64,000 nt of DNA from an uncultured Actinomycetes bacterium (GTDB taxonomy: Bacteria; Actinomycetota; Thermoleophilia; Solirubrobacterales; Solirubrobacteraceae), in contig CAWCIB010000002.1 of assembly GCA_963795505.1 (NCBI GenBank), positions 7,480 through 71,479 on the forward strand, written 5' to 3'. Every line of letters begins with the position of its first letter. Position 1 is the first letter of the stretch. Under the pieces are notes generated by a model, which made no database searches, was not told the origin of the DNA, and saw nothing but the letters and a program-made list of their open reading frames with translations. Position numbers and translations under genes: made by a program. Shown piece after piece: positions 55,678-64,000 of this stretch.

Positions 55678-55846
55678 CTCGCACTGATTCCAATGTTCAA
55701 AGGCTTTCAGCACACGATCGTCGATATCGGCACTTACGATGCCTACGCCCGTAACTCCCGGCTTGTCCCTCGGGCGACGGTGAGCATTTGCAGGAAGAAC
55801 TTTTGCGAACAATTTTGAACGCGAACTTTCGCGACCAACTCCTCGA

Positions 55847-55919
55847 TGGCGAGACCCGGAATCGAACCGGGGACACCACGATTTTCAGTCGTGTGCTCTA
55901 CCAACTGAGCTATCTCGCC
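55847..55919 (-). tRNA. tRNA-Phe (GAA), CCA not encoded
   Basis: GGCGAGATAGCTCAGTTGGTAGAGCACACGACTGAAAATCGTGGTGTCCCCGGTTCGATTCCGGGTCTCGCCA; full cloverleaf, anticodon loop CTGAAAA. Confidence 0.97.
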
Positions 55920-55977
55920 GCGCGGGTGGGCTGATCGCCGAGCGACATCCCCCCGACGCGCCGATGCTAGCGGCAGA

Positions 55978-56484
55978 ATGCAGTCGATGCCCGCGGGTTC
56001 CAAGCGCCTTTACGTCCTTCGCCACGCCAAGTCGAGCTGGGACGATCCGGGCCTCGAAGACCGCGAGCGCCCGCTGAGCGGCCGCGGGCGCAGATCGGCC
56101 CAGCTGATCTCCGAGCACCTCCGCAAGGAGGGGATCGAGCCCGACCTGGTCCTGTGTTCATCCGCACGCCGAACAAAGGAGACGCTCGAGCTCGTGGACC
56201 CCACCGGGGAGCGGTTGGTCGAGGACGAGCTATACGGAGCGAGCGCGGGCGAATGGATCGAGCGGCTCAAGCAGGTCCCGAGCGAGACGGGATCGGTCCT
56301 GGTGATCGGCCACAACCCGTCGCTCCAGAAGCTCGTACTGGGGTTAGGCGGGCCCGACGGATCGGTCCAGGACAAGTTCCCGACGGCGGCCCTCGCGACG
56401 CTCGAGTTGACCGGTGCGTGGGATGCGCTCGAGCCCGGAGGGGCGAGCCTGACGGGGCTCGTGCGACCCAGGGACTTGGCCTGA
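55978..56484 (+). CDS. sixA: SixA-like histidine phosphatase
   Basis: LRHAKSSW, D.ERPLS.RG, CSSARRT.ET, IGHNP. Confidence 0.9.
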   Translation: MQSMPAGSKRLYVLRHAKSSWDDPGLEDRERPLSGRGRRSAQLISEHLRKEGIEPDLVLCSSARRTKETLELVDPTGERLVEDELYGASAGEWIERLKQVPSETGSVLVIGHNPSLQKLVLGLGGPDGSVQDKFPTAALATLELTGAWDALEPGGASLTGLVRPRDLA

Positions 56485-56500
56485 GGCAAGATTCACGCTC

Positions 56501-57238
56501 GTGACCACGGATGTGGAGGGGCCGATCGCCGCCGGTCGGGACTTAGAGAAGCACTACGGACACGGGCCGACCGCGGTCCATGCCTTGAGGGGCGTCAGCG
56601 TGGAACTCGAAAAGGGCAGCTTTACCGCGGTCATGGGGCCGTCCGGGTCGGGCAAGTCGACGCTGATGCACCTGCTCGCCGGGCTGGACCGGCCCACGAG
56701 CGGAGAGGTCTGGCTCGGCGGCACAGCGCTGGCCGGGCTGGATGACGGTGAGCTGACGCGATTGCGCCGCAGGTGCGTGGGCTTCGTGTTTCAGTCCTAC
56801 AACCTGCTTCCGACGCTCACGGTCGCGGAGAACGTGGTGCTGCCGCTGCGGATCGCCGGCGAGGAGATCGACCGCGACTGGGCGGAGGAGCTCCTCACCG
56901 CGGTCGGGCTCGAGGAGCGGCGCAAGCACCGCCCGCCGGAGCTGTCCGGTGGCGAGCAGCAGCGCGTCGCCCTCGCGCGAGCGCTCGTGACCCGGCCGGC
57001 GGTCGTGTTCGCCGACGAGCCGACGGGCAATCTCGACTCGCACGCGACCGAGGTGCTGCTGTACATGCTCCGCCGCGCGGTCCAGGCCATCGGACAGACG
57101 ATCATGCTCGTGACCCACGATCCGCTCGCTGCCAGCCGGACGGATCGGATTGTGTTCCTCCGCGATGGACAGATCGTGCGCGAGACGGGTCCGCTGTCGG
57201 CCGCCGAGGTGGTCGACGCGGTCGCCGCCGTGCGCTAG
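56501..57238 (+). CDS. ABC transporter ATP-binding protein (LolD/MacB-like)
   Basis: GPSGSGKST, LSGGEQQRVA, ADEPTGNLD, VTHD. Confidence 0.95.
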   Translation: MTTDVEGPIAAGRDLEKHYGHGPTAVHALRGVSVELEKGSFTAVMGPSGSGKSTLMHLLAGLDRPTSGEVWLGGTALAGLDDGELTRLRRRCVGFVFQSYNLLPTLTVAENVVLPLRIAGEEIDRDWAEELLTAVGLEERRKHRPPELSGGEQQRVALARALVTRPAVVFADEPTGNLDSHATEVLLYMLRRAVQAIGQTIMLVTHDPLAASRTDRIVFLRDGQIVRETGPLSAAEVVDAVAAVR

Positions 57239-57240
57239 CC

Positions 57241-59769
57241 GTGAAGCGGGTCGTCTTTCGCAGCCTGCTCGCCCGCCGGCGCCGCACCGCTCTGAGCGCG
57301 CTATCAGTGCTCGTCGGCGTGGCGATGATCTCTGGCGCGTACGTTTTTGCCGACACGATCAGGGCGGCGCTGCGAGATGTTGTCTCCACTCAGTCGACTG
57401 GCGCCCAGATCGTGGTCTCCAGCCCGCAAGGGCTGTACTCGCCTACCAATCCTCCGGCCAGCATGCCCGCGTCGCTTGCCACCCAGGTCGGGAGGCTCCC
57501 GGGCGTCACCGCCGCCCAGGGTCAGGTCGTTGACGTCGCGACCGTCGTGGGCCACAACGGTCGGCCGCTCAAGCGCTCGGGCTCGCCGACGCTCGCGATC
57601 TCCTACCTGCCTCCCCCGCTCGGCGGAGTGCGATTCGTGGCCGGCGGGCCGCCGCGTTATCCCGGGCAAGTCGCGCTCGATCAGTCGACCGCGTCCGCCG
57701 GGCACTACCGCGTCGGCGATCTCGTCCCGGTGCTCACCGACCAGGAGGCGCTGCGCTTCCGGATCTCGGGGATCGCGCGTGTCGGGAGCGCGTCGCTCGG
57801 CGGCGCGACGCTGGCCATCTTCGATTTGCACACCGCGCAGACGCTGTACGACAAGTCGGGGCTGCTCGATGCGATCTACGTCGCGGGCGCCCGCGGAAGC
57901 CGGTCCAGCGCGCTCGTGCGCGAGATCGAGCCCCTGCTCCCAGCGGGATTGACCGCCCAGCCAGTGCCGCGGGCGGTCGACACGGACCTCGCGCAGCTGT
58001 CCGACCAGCTCGGGGTTGTGACCGGCGGGCTCGAGGCGTTTGGCTTCATCGCGATGTTCGTCGGCGGGTTCGTGATCTTCAACACGCTCGCGATCACAGT
58101 CGCGCAGCGGACCAGGGAGCTTGCGCTGCTGCGCGCGCTGGGTGCGACCGAAGGCCAGGTGCTCGCCTCGGTGGTCGTCGAGGCCGGTGCGATCGGCGCG
58201 GTCTCATCGCTCGCCGGGCTGCTCGTTGGTCCGGCAGTCGCGCTGCTTGCACGCGCGGTGTTGAAAGCTGCCGGGGTCGTGGTGCCCTCGACCGCACTTA
58301 CGATCGAGCCGCGGACCGTGATCATCGCCCTCGCCGTCGGGATCGGGGTGACACTCGCGGCGGGCCTGCTGCCGGGGATCCGCGCTACGCGCGTGAGCCC
58401 GATCGAGGGCTTACGGATCGGCGCTGGAGCGCAAGGGCAGCGGCGCCCCGGGTTCGGCACCGCCGCGATGGCGCTGCTGCTTGCGTTCATCGGCGCCGGA
58501 GTGGGGCTGACCGGCTCTGGATCGAGCAGCTCGCGCCTGGCGACTAGCACGGTCGGCGCAGTCGTGATGCTGCTGGCGGGGGTCATGCTCGTGCCGCTGC
58601 TCGTGCCGGTCGTGGTCCGGATCTTCGCGTGGCCACTCGAGCGCACCGGGGGAGTCGTGCCGAAGCTCGCACGCGAGAACGCCGCGCGCACGCCGGCGCG
58701 CACGGCGATTACAGCGTCGTCGCTGATGATCGGGCTCGCGCTCGTGCTGTTCGTGTCGGTCTACATCACGGGCTTTCGCACCGCCACGCGACGGGCGATT
58801 GACCGCACGTTCGTGGCCGACTTCGCGATCGGCAGCGCCGACGGCTCGAGCTCGATCCCACCTGTGAGCGCGCGCGCTCTCGCGCTCGTGCCGAGCGTGC
58901 TTGCCATCTCGAGCATCAGGACCGCGAACGCGCAGGTGCCGGGCGCGGGCAAGCTGAGCGTCGCGGGGATCGACACGACCTCGATCGGTCAGGTCTACCG
59001 CTTCGCGTGGACCGGGCCGGCGCAGCCCGACCCTACGACGCTCGGTGCGGGGGACGTGCTGCTCGAGCGCTCGACCGCCCGCGCTACCGGGCGCCGCGTG
59101 GGGCAGCAACTGACGCTCTCGAGTCCGGACGGGCTGACGGCGAGGTTGACGGTCCGGGGCATCTATACCGATCGTGCACTGCTGCGCGGCCTCGCGCTCC
59201 CGCTCGAATCCTTCGATCGCCTCTTTCACCAGACGCGCCTGCAGCAGGTGTTCGTCAAGGTCACGCCGGGCGCGGATATCAGCGCGGTCGAGGCGCAGCT
59301 CCAGCAGGCACTCGCCGGCCTACCCGGGGTCGTGCTGCGCTCAGAGCGCCAGCTCGCCGACAAGACCGCGAGCCAGGTCAACGCCGTGCTCGTCCTGTTC
59401 TACGCGCTGCTCGCGATGGTCGCCTTGATGGCGCTCATCGGCCTCCTGAACGCGCTCACGCTCCAGGTCCACGAGCGCACGCGCGAGCTCGGGATCCTGC
59501 GCGCGATCGGCTTGACGCGCCGCCAGGCCCGCTCACTGATCCGCCACGAGTGCCTGATCATCGCCGTGCTCGGGACGCTGGTCGGAACCGGCCTGGGGGT
59601 CCTGCTCGCCTGGGCGGTCAGCTCGTCGGGCGACATCGCGTTCGCGGTGCCCTGGGTGCAGCTGGGGCTGACCGTGGCCGTCGGGCTCGCGGTTGGCGTG
59701 CTCGCGTCACTGCCGCTGGCACGGCGGGCGGGCCGGCTAGATCTCGTCACCGCGCTCGCGCACGAGTAG
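57241..59769 (+). CDS. FtsX-like ABC permease (double MacB/FtsX architecture)
   Basis: GTG 2 nt after the ATPase stop; QRTRELALLRALGA and ERTRELGILRAIG repeats. Confidence 0.9.
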   Translation: MKRVVFRSLLARRRRTALSALSVLVGVAMISGAYVFADTIRAALRDVVSTQSTGAQIVVSSPQGLYSPTNPPASMPASLATQVGRLPGVTAAQGQVVDVATVVGHNGRPLKRSGSPTLAISYLPPPLGGVRFVAGGPPRYPGQVALDQSTASAGHYRVGDLVPVLTDQEALRFRISGIARVGSASLGGATLAIFDLHTAQTLYDKSGLLDAIYVAGARGSRSSALVREIEPLLPAGLTAQPVPRAVDTDLAQLSDQLGVVTGGLEAFGFIAMFVGGFVIFNTLAITVAQRTRELALLRALGATEGQVLASVVVEAGAIGAVSSLAGLLVGPAVALLARAVLKAAGVVVPSTALTIEPRTVIIALAVGIGVTLAAGLLPGIRATRVSPIEGLRIGAGAQGQRRPGFGTAAMALLLAFIGAGVGLTGSGSSSSRLATSTVGAVVMLLAGVMLVPLLVPVVVRIFAWPLERTGGVVPKLARENAARTPARTAITASSLMIGLALVLFVSVYITGFRTATRRAIDRTFVADFAIGSADGSSSIPPVSARALALVPSVLAISSIRTANAQVPGAGKLSVAGIDTTSIGQVYRFAWTGPAQPDPTTLGAGDVLLERSTARATGRRVGQQLTLSSPDGLTARLTVRGIYTDRALLRGLALPLESFDRLFHQTRLQQVFVKVTPGADISAVEAQLQQALAGLPGVVLRSERQLADKTASQVNAVLVLFYALLAMVALMALIGLLNALTLQVHERTRELGILRAIGLTRRQARSLIRHECLIIAVLGTLVGTGLGVLLAWAVSSSGDIAFAVPWVQLGLTVAVGLAVGVLASLPLARRAGRLDLVTALAHE

Positions 59770-62029
59770 CGCTCATCCGCCGCAGCAGCTCGAGCGCGCC
59801 ACGCTTTGAGAGAGGCTCGTTGAGGTTGCCGCACTTCGGCGACTGGACGCACGAGGGGCAGCCGTCGGCGCACGGGCACTCGCCGATCAGCCTGGCCGCG
59901 TCGGCCGACAGGCGCTCGAACTGGTCAAACCCCCGCCGTGTCAGTCCGACACCGCCGGGGTGGCCGTCGTAGATGAAGATCGTCGGGACGCCGGTCTGGG
60001 GGTGGGCGTTGGTGGACAGCCCGCCGATGTCCCAGCGGTCGCACATCGCGATCAGCGGCAGGACCGCGATCTGGGCGTGCTCGAGCGCGTGCAGCGACCC
60101 GAGCAGGTCCTGCGCGAGCGGCCAGCCGACCATCAGCCCCTCGAGCTCGTACCAGAGCGCGCGGGTCTGGAACTCGACCGGGGGCAGCACGAGCCCTTCG
60201 AACCCGATCGCCTCCTGATCGTTGAGGCGCTTGCGCTGGTAGCCGAGCACGGTCTCCTCGACGACCACCGAGCCGAAGGACAGCTTGACCCCGAGTGCCT
60301 CGCGCTGCTCGTAGAGCTGCTCGATGTGGGTGATTGAGTCCTTCTTGGCCTGCGTGTAGTAATCGCCGTCGAATGGCTCTAGCAGGGCCCGGCGGCCGCC
60401 GAGGTCGAGCTCGCGAACATGGTAGGAGCGCCCGAGGTGCAGGTAGACCGCCCCCGCGTGAACGGTCGAGTACGCGCGCGAGGCTTCGATCGTGCCGACG
60501 ACCTCGCCCGAGCCTCCGTCGATCAGAACGAACGAGTCCGCCGACGCCGAGCGCAAGGGGACCCGCGCGGCCGGGTAGTCGTCGGCGCGCTTGGGCACGA
60601 AGCCGGTTGCACGCTCGCGCAGATAGCCGGTCTCGGCAAGCTGGCGCGCCGTGCTCTCAACGTCGCCTCCTAGGATCGGTTGGTCCGCAGCGCTGAGCGG
60701 CGCCTCGTGGGCCGCGCACACGAGGTGCCAGGCGTAGATCTCGGGGCTCTCGGGGTCGATGATCGCCGCCTCGACCGGCCGGTTGAGGAACTCGTCGGGA
60801 TGGCGGCAGAAGAACTGATCGAGCGCGTCCTCGCCGGCGACGTAGAGGGCGAGGCCCCGGCCGCGGCGCCCCGCCCGGCCCCACATCTGCTTGAGGCTCG
60901 CAGCCGTCCCGGGATAGGTCACGCAGATCGCGGCATCGAGCGAGCCGATGTCGATCCCGAGCTCGAGTGCGTCGGTCGCGACTACGCCGAGCAGCTCGCC
61001 GCTAGTCAGTCGCTGCTGGATCTCTTGGCGCTGGGCCGGGGTGTAACCGGCGCGATACGGAGCGATCCGCTTCGCGAGCGCCGGCTCGAGCAGCGTCGTC
61101 GCGTGCCGCGTGATCAGCTCGATCCCCTTGCGCGACTTCATGAAGCAGATCGTGCGGGCGCCCTGGCTGATCAGGCCCGAGAACAGCTCGGCGGCCTGAT
61201 ACAGCGGCGAAGCGCGCAGCCCGAGGCTCTCGTCGAGCAGCGGCGGATTCCACATCGCGGTGCGACGCGCGGCGTGGGGCGCGCCGTCGCTGTCGATCAG
61301 GCGAAAGCCGTCGACTCCGGTCAGGCCCTCGGCCAGCTCGACCGGGTTGGCGATCGTCGCGCTCGCCATCAGGAAGCGAGGATTGGAGCCGTGGATTGCA
61401 GCCGCGCGCCGCAGACGGCGAAGAACGTTGGCGACGTGCGAGCCGAACACGCCGCGATAGGTGTGGGCCTCGTCAACGACGACGAACGCCAGGTTCGCGA
61501 GCAGCTCATCCCACGAGTGGTGGTGGGGGAGGATCCCCACGTGGAGCATGTCTGGGTTGGTGAGGATGAGGTTGCTCCGCTTGCGGATCGCCGAGCGCTG
61601 CGACCGCGGCGTGTCGCCGTCATAGATTGCGGGCCTCACGTGCGGGAGGCCAAAGGCGGTGATCGCGCGCGCCTGGTCCTGGGCAAGCGCCTTGGTCGGG
61701 TACAGGTAGAGCGCACGCGCGAGCCGGTCCTGGGTGAGGACTTCGAGCGTCGGCAGCTGGAAGCAGAGCGACTTGCCCGACGCTGTCCCGGTCGTGACGA
61801 TCAGCGGGCCGTCGAACGCGGCGCGGACCGCTTCGGCCTGGTGCTCGTAGAGCGCGGTGATTCCTGCGTTCTCGAGCGCCGCCTTTACGGGCGACGCGAA
61901 CTCGTCGGGGATCTCGGCCAGACGCGCTTCGCGCGGTTCGTCTGACGACTCGTGCACCAGCCGTTCGTCGGCGCGGCCTGCATCGAGCACGTCGGCCCAG
62001 GGTTCGGCTTCACGCGCGGTCGTGGACAC
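59747..62029 (-). CDS. DEAH helicase with C-terminal DUF1998 Zn-binding domain (MrfA/YprA/SftH-like)
   Basis: TGTASGKS, PTKALAQDQ, DEAH, SATIAN, GRAGR, CPCADGCPSC. Confidence 0.93.
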   Translation of the reverse strand: MSTTAREAEPWADVLDAGRADERLVHESSDEPREARLAEIPDEFASPVKAALENAGITALYEHQAEAVRAAFDGPLIVTTGTASGKSLCFQLPTLEVLTQDRLARALYLYPTKALAQDQARAITAFGLPHVRPAIYDGDTPRSQRSAIRKRSNLILTNPDMLHVGILPHHHSWDELLANLAFVVVDEAHTYRGVFGSHVANVLRRLRRAAAIHGSNPRFLMASATIANPVELAEGLTGVDGFRLIDSDGAPHAARRTAMWNPPLLDESLGLRASPLYQAAELFSGLISQGARTICFMKSRKGIELITRHATTLLEPALAKRIAPYRAGYTPAQRQEIQQRLTSGELLGVVATDALELGIDIGSLDAAICVTYPGTAASLKQMWGRAGRRGRGLALYVAGEDALDQFFCRHPDEFLNRPVEAAIIDPESPEIYAWHLVCAAHEAPLSAADQPILGGDVESTARQLAETGYLRERATGFVPKRADDYPAARVPLRSASADSFVLIDGGSGEVVGTIEASRAYSTVHAGAVYLHLGRSYHVRELDLGGRRALLEPFDGDYYTQAKKDSITHIEQLYEQREALGVKLSFGSVVVEETVLGYQRKRLNDQEAIGFEGLVLPPVEFQTRALWYELEGLMVGWPLAQDLLGSLHALEHAQIAVLPLIAMCDRWDIGGLSTNAHPQTGVPTIFIYDGHPGGVGLTRRGFDQFERLSADAARLIGECPCADGCPSCVQSPKCGNLNEPLSKRGALELLRRMSATRARAR

Positions 62030-62047
62030 TGTGCAGCCAGTATTGCG

Positions 62048-62845
62048 ATGCGTTGTCTGTACGTCGATCTCGATGGGACCCTGCTCGGCCCCGGCGGCTC
62101 GCTGTTGCGGGGAGCCGACGGCCGGTTTTCGCTTGATGGCGTGCGGGCGCTCCAGGCGTGCGACCGCGCGGGCGCCGAGGTAGTGCTCTATTCCGGCCGC
62201 CGCGAGCGCAGCGTGTTCGACGACGCACGCCTGCTCGGGATTACGTCGTATTCGTTCGAGCTCGGGTGCGGCCTGGTCCTCGACGGCGAGCTCGAGTGGC
62301 TGACCGACGGCGTTGTGCCCTCAGAGTCGGCGGGCACGATCTACGAGCAGATCGAGCGATCGGGGGCACCGCAGCTGCTGCTCGAGCGGTTCGAGGGGCG
62401 GTTGGAGTACCACACGCCGTGGTCGGCGGGGCGCGAGGTATCACATTTGTTCAGGGGGCTGATCGACCTCGATGACGCGAATGAGGTGGTCGCTCCCGCT
62501 GGCATGCGCCTGGTCGACAACGGGATCGTTCACGAGCACATCGGCCAGATGGGCGACCTTCCTCTCGTGCGCGCCTATCACCTGATCCCGGCCGCGGCCT
62601 CGAAGGCACGCTCGGTCGCGCGGCACATGCAGGCCCGTGGCTACACGGCGGAGGACTGCATCGCCGTGGGCGACTCGCGCGAGGACATGGACGCCTCTGA
62701 AGTGGTGGGCACCTTCTGGCTCGTCGCCAACGCGGTCGAGAAAGATCCGACGCTGTCGCCTGGTGAGGGCGTGCGGGTGGCTTCCGCTGGATATGGCGCC
62801 GGCGTCTACGAGGCGGTGGTGACGACGCTGGCGGAGGGCGGGTAG
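62048..62845 (+). CDS. HAD-superfamily hydrolase (Cof-like)
   Basis: YVDLDGTL, YSGR, SKA, AVGDSREDMDA. Confidence 0.85.
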   Translation: MRCLYVDLDGTLLGPGGSLLRGADGRFSLDGVRALQACDRAGAEVVLYSGRRERSVFDDARLLGITSYSFELGCGLVLDGELEWLTDGVVPSESAGTIYEQIERSGAPQLLLERFEGRLEYHTPWSAGREVSHLFRGLIDLDDANEVVAPAGMRLVDNGIVHEHIGQMGDLPLVRAYHLIPAAASKARSVARHMQARGYTAEDCIAVGDSREDMDASEVVGTFWLVANAVEKDPTLSPGEGVRVASAGYGAGVYEAVVTTLAEGG

Positions 62846-62863
62846 GGTCCCGCTCGCTCGCTG

Positions 62864-62969
62864 GGGCGGCAGCGGCCCCGCTCGGGCTGGGCTGGGCGGC
62901 AGCGGCCCGCGCTCGGGAGGGGCGGCAGCGGTCTCCGCTCGGGACCGGGCGGCGCGGCCTCCGCTCGGG
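62864..62969 (+). repeat. Four imperfect tandem 23-24-bp units GGGCGGCAGCGG...CGCTCGGG
   Basis: Units begin near 62864, 62894, 62919 and 62947; linkers only 2-7 nt. Confidence 0.8.
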
Positions 62970-62974
62970 ACCTG

Positions 62975-63088
62975 CACAAGGGCACAAATCGGCACGCCGG
63001 CCTGGGGTTTTGTGCCGTTAAGCATGCATAGCCTGCTCAAGGTCACATTTCGGCCCGGGCTTCGTCGGGATTGTGCCGTTAAGCATGC
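62975..63088 (+). repeat. Degenerate ~61-bp tandem duplication ending in an identical 18-mer
   Basis: ttgtgccgttaagcatgc at 63010-63027 and 63071-63088; internal inverted pair ggcacaaa/tttgtgcc. Confidence 0.8.
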
Positions 63089-63768
63089 TGCTCGTAGTCC
63101 ATCGCGCCGACGACTCCGCCCGCCAGCGCTCGCTGCGCCAACAGCAGTCGCTTCTGGCTCTGCGCCGCGTCTTCCAGCCCGAAACGCGCGAACAGCATTC
63201 GCAAGTGACCCTTGACCGCCGACAGACTCAGCACGAGCTCGCCGGCGATCGCATCGTTCGTGGCCGGCGCGCCACGCTCGCCCTCGACGATCGGGCGGCA
63301 CAAGGCGACCAGGACGCGGCGCTGGGCTTCCGACACCCGAGGCTCGGCAACCGTCGGCACCGACACCGTTGCCGCAACCCGCGGGCTCGGGTCGCGAAAG
63401 CCGAGCAGCGTGTCGCCGAGCTGGATCACGTCGCCGTCCTTGAGCGTGCGCCGGCCACGGACACGCTGTCCAGCGACGAAGGTTCCATTGCGCGACAGGC
63501 CGTCATCCTCGATCACCCAGCGCGGCCCGCGGCGCTCCAGATACGCGTGGATGCCAGATACGCGGGGATCCCAGGCGATCTCGATGTCGTTCCCGGGCGC
63601 CCGCCCGAGCACCGCGCGCTCGCCCCAGAGACTTACCAGGCGCTGGCCGCCGTCACCGTCGCGCAGAAACAGGAATGGGTGGGCCTCGCGGGCCGCCGCG
63701 TCGAGCGCCCGCAGTTCGGCCGGGCTCGCATCGATTCCGAGAACGGCTTTCTCTTGCGCGCGCGTCAA
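63079..63768 (-). CDS. FHA domain protein with C-terminal LuxR-like HTH
   Basis: LGR.PGNDI...D..VS..HA...SRNGTFV; QRRVLVALCRP...TNDAIA.EL.LS..AVKGHL; TTG start overlaps upstream TGA. Confidence 0.88.
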   Translation of the reverse strand: MTRAQEKAVLGIDASPAELRALDAAAREAHPFLFLRDGDGGQRLVSLWGERAVLGRAPGNDIEIAWDPRVSGIHAYLERRGPRWVIEDDGLSRNGTFVAGQRVRGRRTLKDGDVIQLGDTLLGFRDPSPRVAATVSVPTVAEPRVSEAQRRVLVALCRPIVEGERGAPATNDAIAGELVLSLSAVKGHLRMLFARFGLEDAAQSQKRLLLAQRALAGGVVGAMDYEQHA

Positions 63769-64000
63769 AGCCTCGCCGCCGCCGCGGCGATCTGCCGCTC
63801 GTCGCCGCTGATCGCGTGTGCGGCCCGGCTGTAGGCCGACCGATTCGCCGACCGAGCGGCTGCCGACAGCGCCTCCCACGCTCGCGACTCGGCGGCCAGA
63901 GCAGCCTGGACCGCCGCCGCCCCGTGCACAGCTGATGCGCGGCGCGCCGCGCCCGCGTAGGTGCTGCCCAGGCTTGCGTAGACGGCCGACTGCTGAGCCC
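63765..64000 (-). CDS. 3' end of an Ala-rich helical protein (partial)
   Basis: Open frame AQQSAVYASL...ERQIAAAAARL* ending in TTGA overlap with the FHA gene. Confidence 0.55.
   Translation of the reverse strand, partial: AQQSAVYASLGSTYAGAARRASAVHGAAAVQAALAAESRAWEALSAAARSANRSAYSRAAHAISGDERQIAAAAARL

Noticed and set aside
59747-62029. DISARM or other defence system
   Set aside because: DUF1998 is fused to a DEAH helicase as in repair helicases of the MrfA/YprA type; no methylase, DrmA-like or PLD partners nearby.
62864-63088. CRISPR array
   Set aside because: Units are degenerate, linkers are 2-7 nt or homologous to each other, there are only 2-4 copies, and no cas genes are present.
1-64000. 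Integrase, transposase or prophage genes
   Set aside because: No recombinase, DDE or phage structural motifs in any translated ORF, so mobility claims rest on repeats only.

Overview
High-GC (roughly 70% by eye, not computed) actinobacterial chromosome segment. The protein families and styles suggest class Thermoleophilia (Solirubrobacterales-like); this is inference. 1-18 kb is an accessory region of mostly single small genes in both orientations (MDR oxidoreductase, SnoaL, VOC, cupin, ABM-like proteins, YbjQ pair, ATP-grasp, DUF1254, a frameshifted PIN toxin with its antitoxin, secreted proteins, GMC oxidoreductase). These genes are separated by 200-450 bp spacers that share a family of degenerate repeats, giving a cassette-array-like architecture. 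19-30 kb is a de novo purine cluster (purB, purC-S-Q-L-F-N-H, ridA) with a NodIJ-like ABC pair inserted antisense, no purM or purD, and a 1-nt frameshift in purL. 30-42 kb holds PadR plus partner, transketolase, an unusual heme-copper oxidase operon, and beta-PGM plus a GH65 phosphorylase. The oxidase operon starts with a C-x3-C cupredoxin-like gene, and its subunit I lacks the canonical D-channel Asp and K-channel Lys. 43-55 kb holds a receiver-TrxB / cNMP-kinase / zf-UBP module, a SCO-thioredoxin cluster with two paralogous unknown exported proteins, a stand-alone HD hydrolase, and an HxlR-MFS-carbonic anhydrase unit ending in a DATQ-repeat peptide. 55-64 kb holds tRNA-Phe(GAA) with an att-like 13-bp duplication, SixA, an ABC exporter, a DUF1998 helicase, a HAD hydrolase, local repeats and an FHA-HTH gene. 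No integrase, transposase, CRISPR array or rRNA was found. Best candidates for undescribed biology are the repeat-delimited cassette array, the cupredoxin-oxidase operon with the nearby SCO/TlpA cluster, and the DATQ-repeat peptide.
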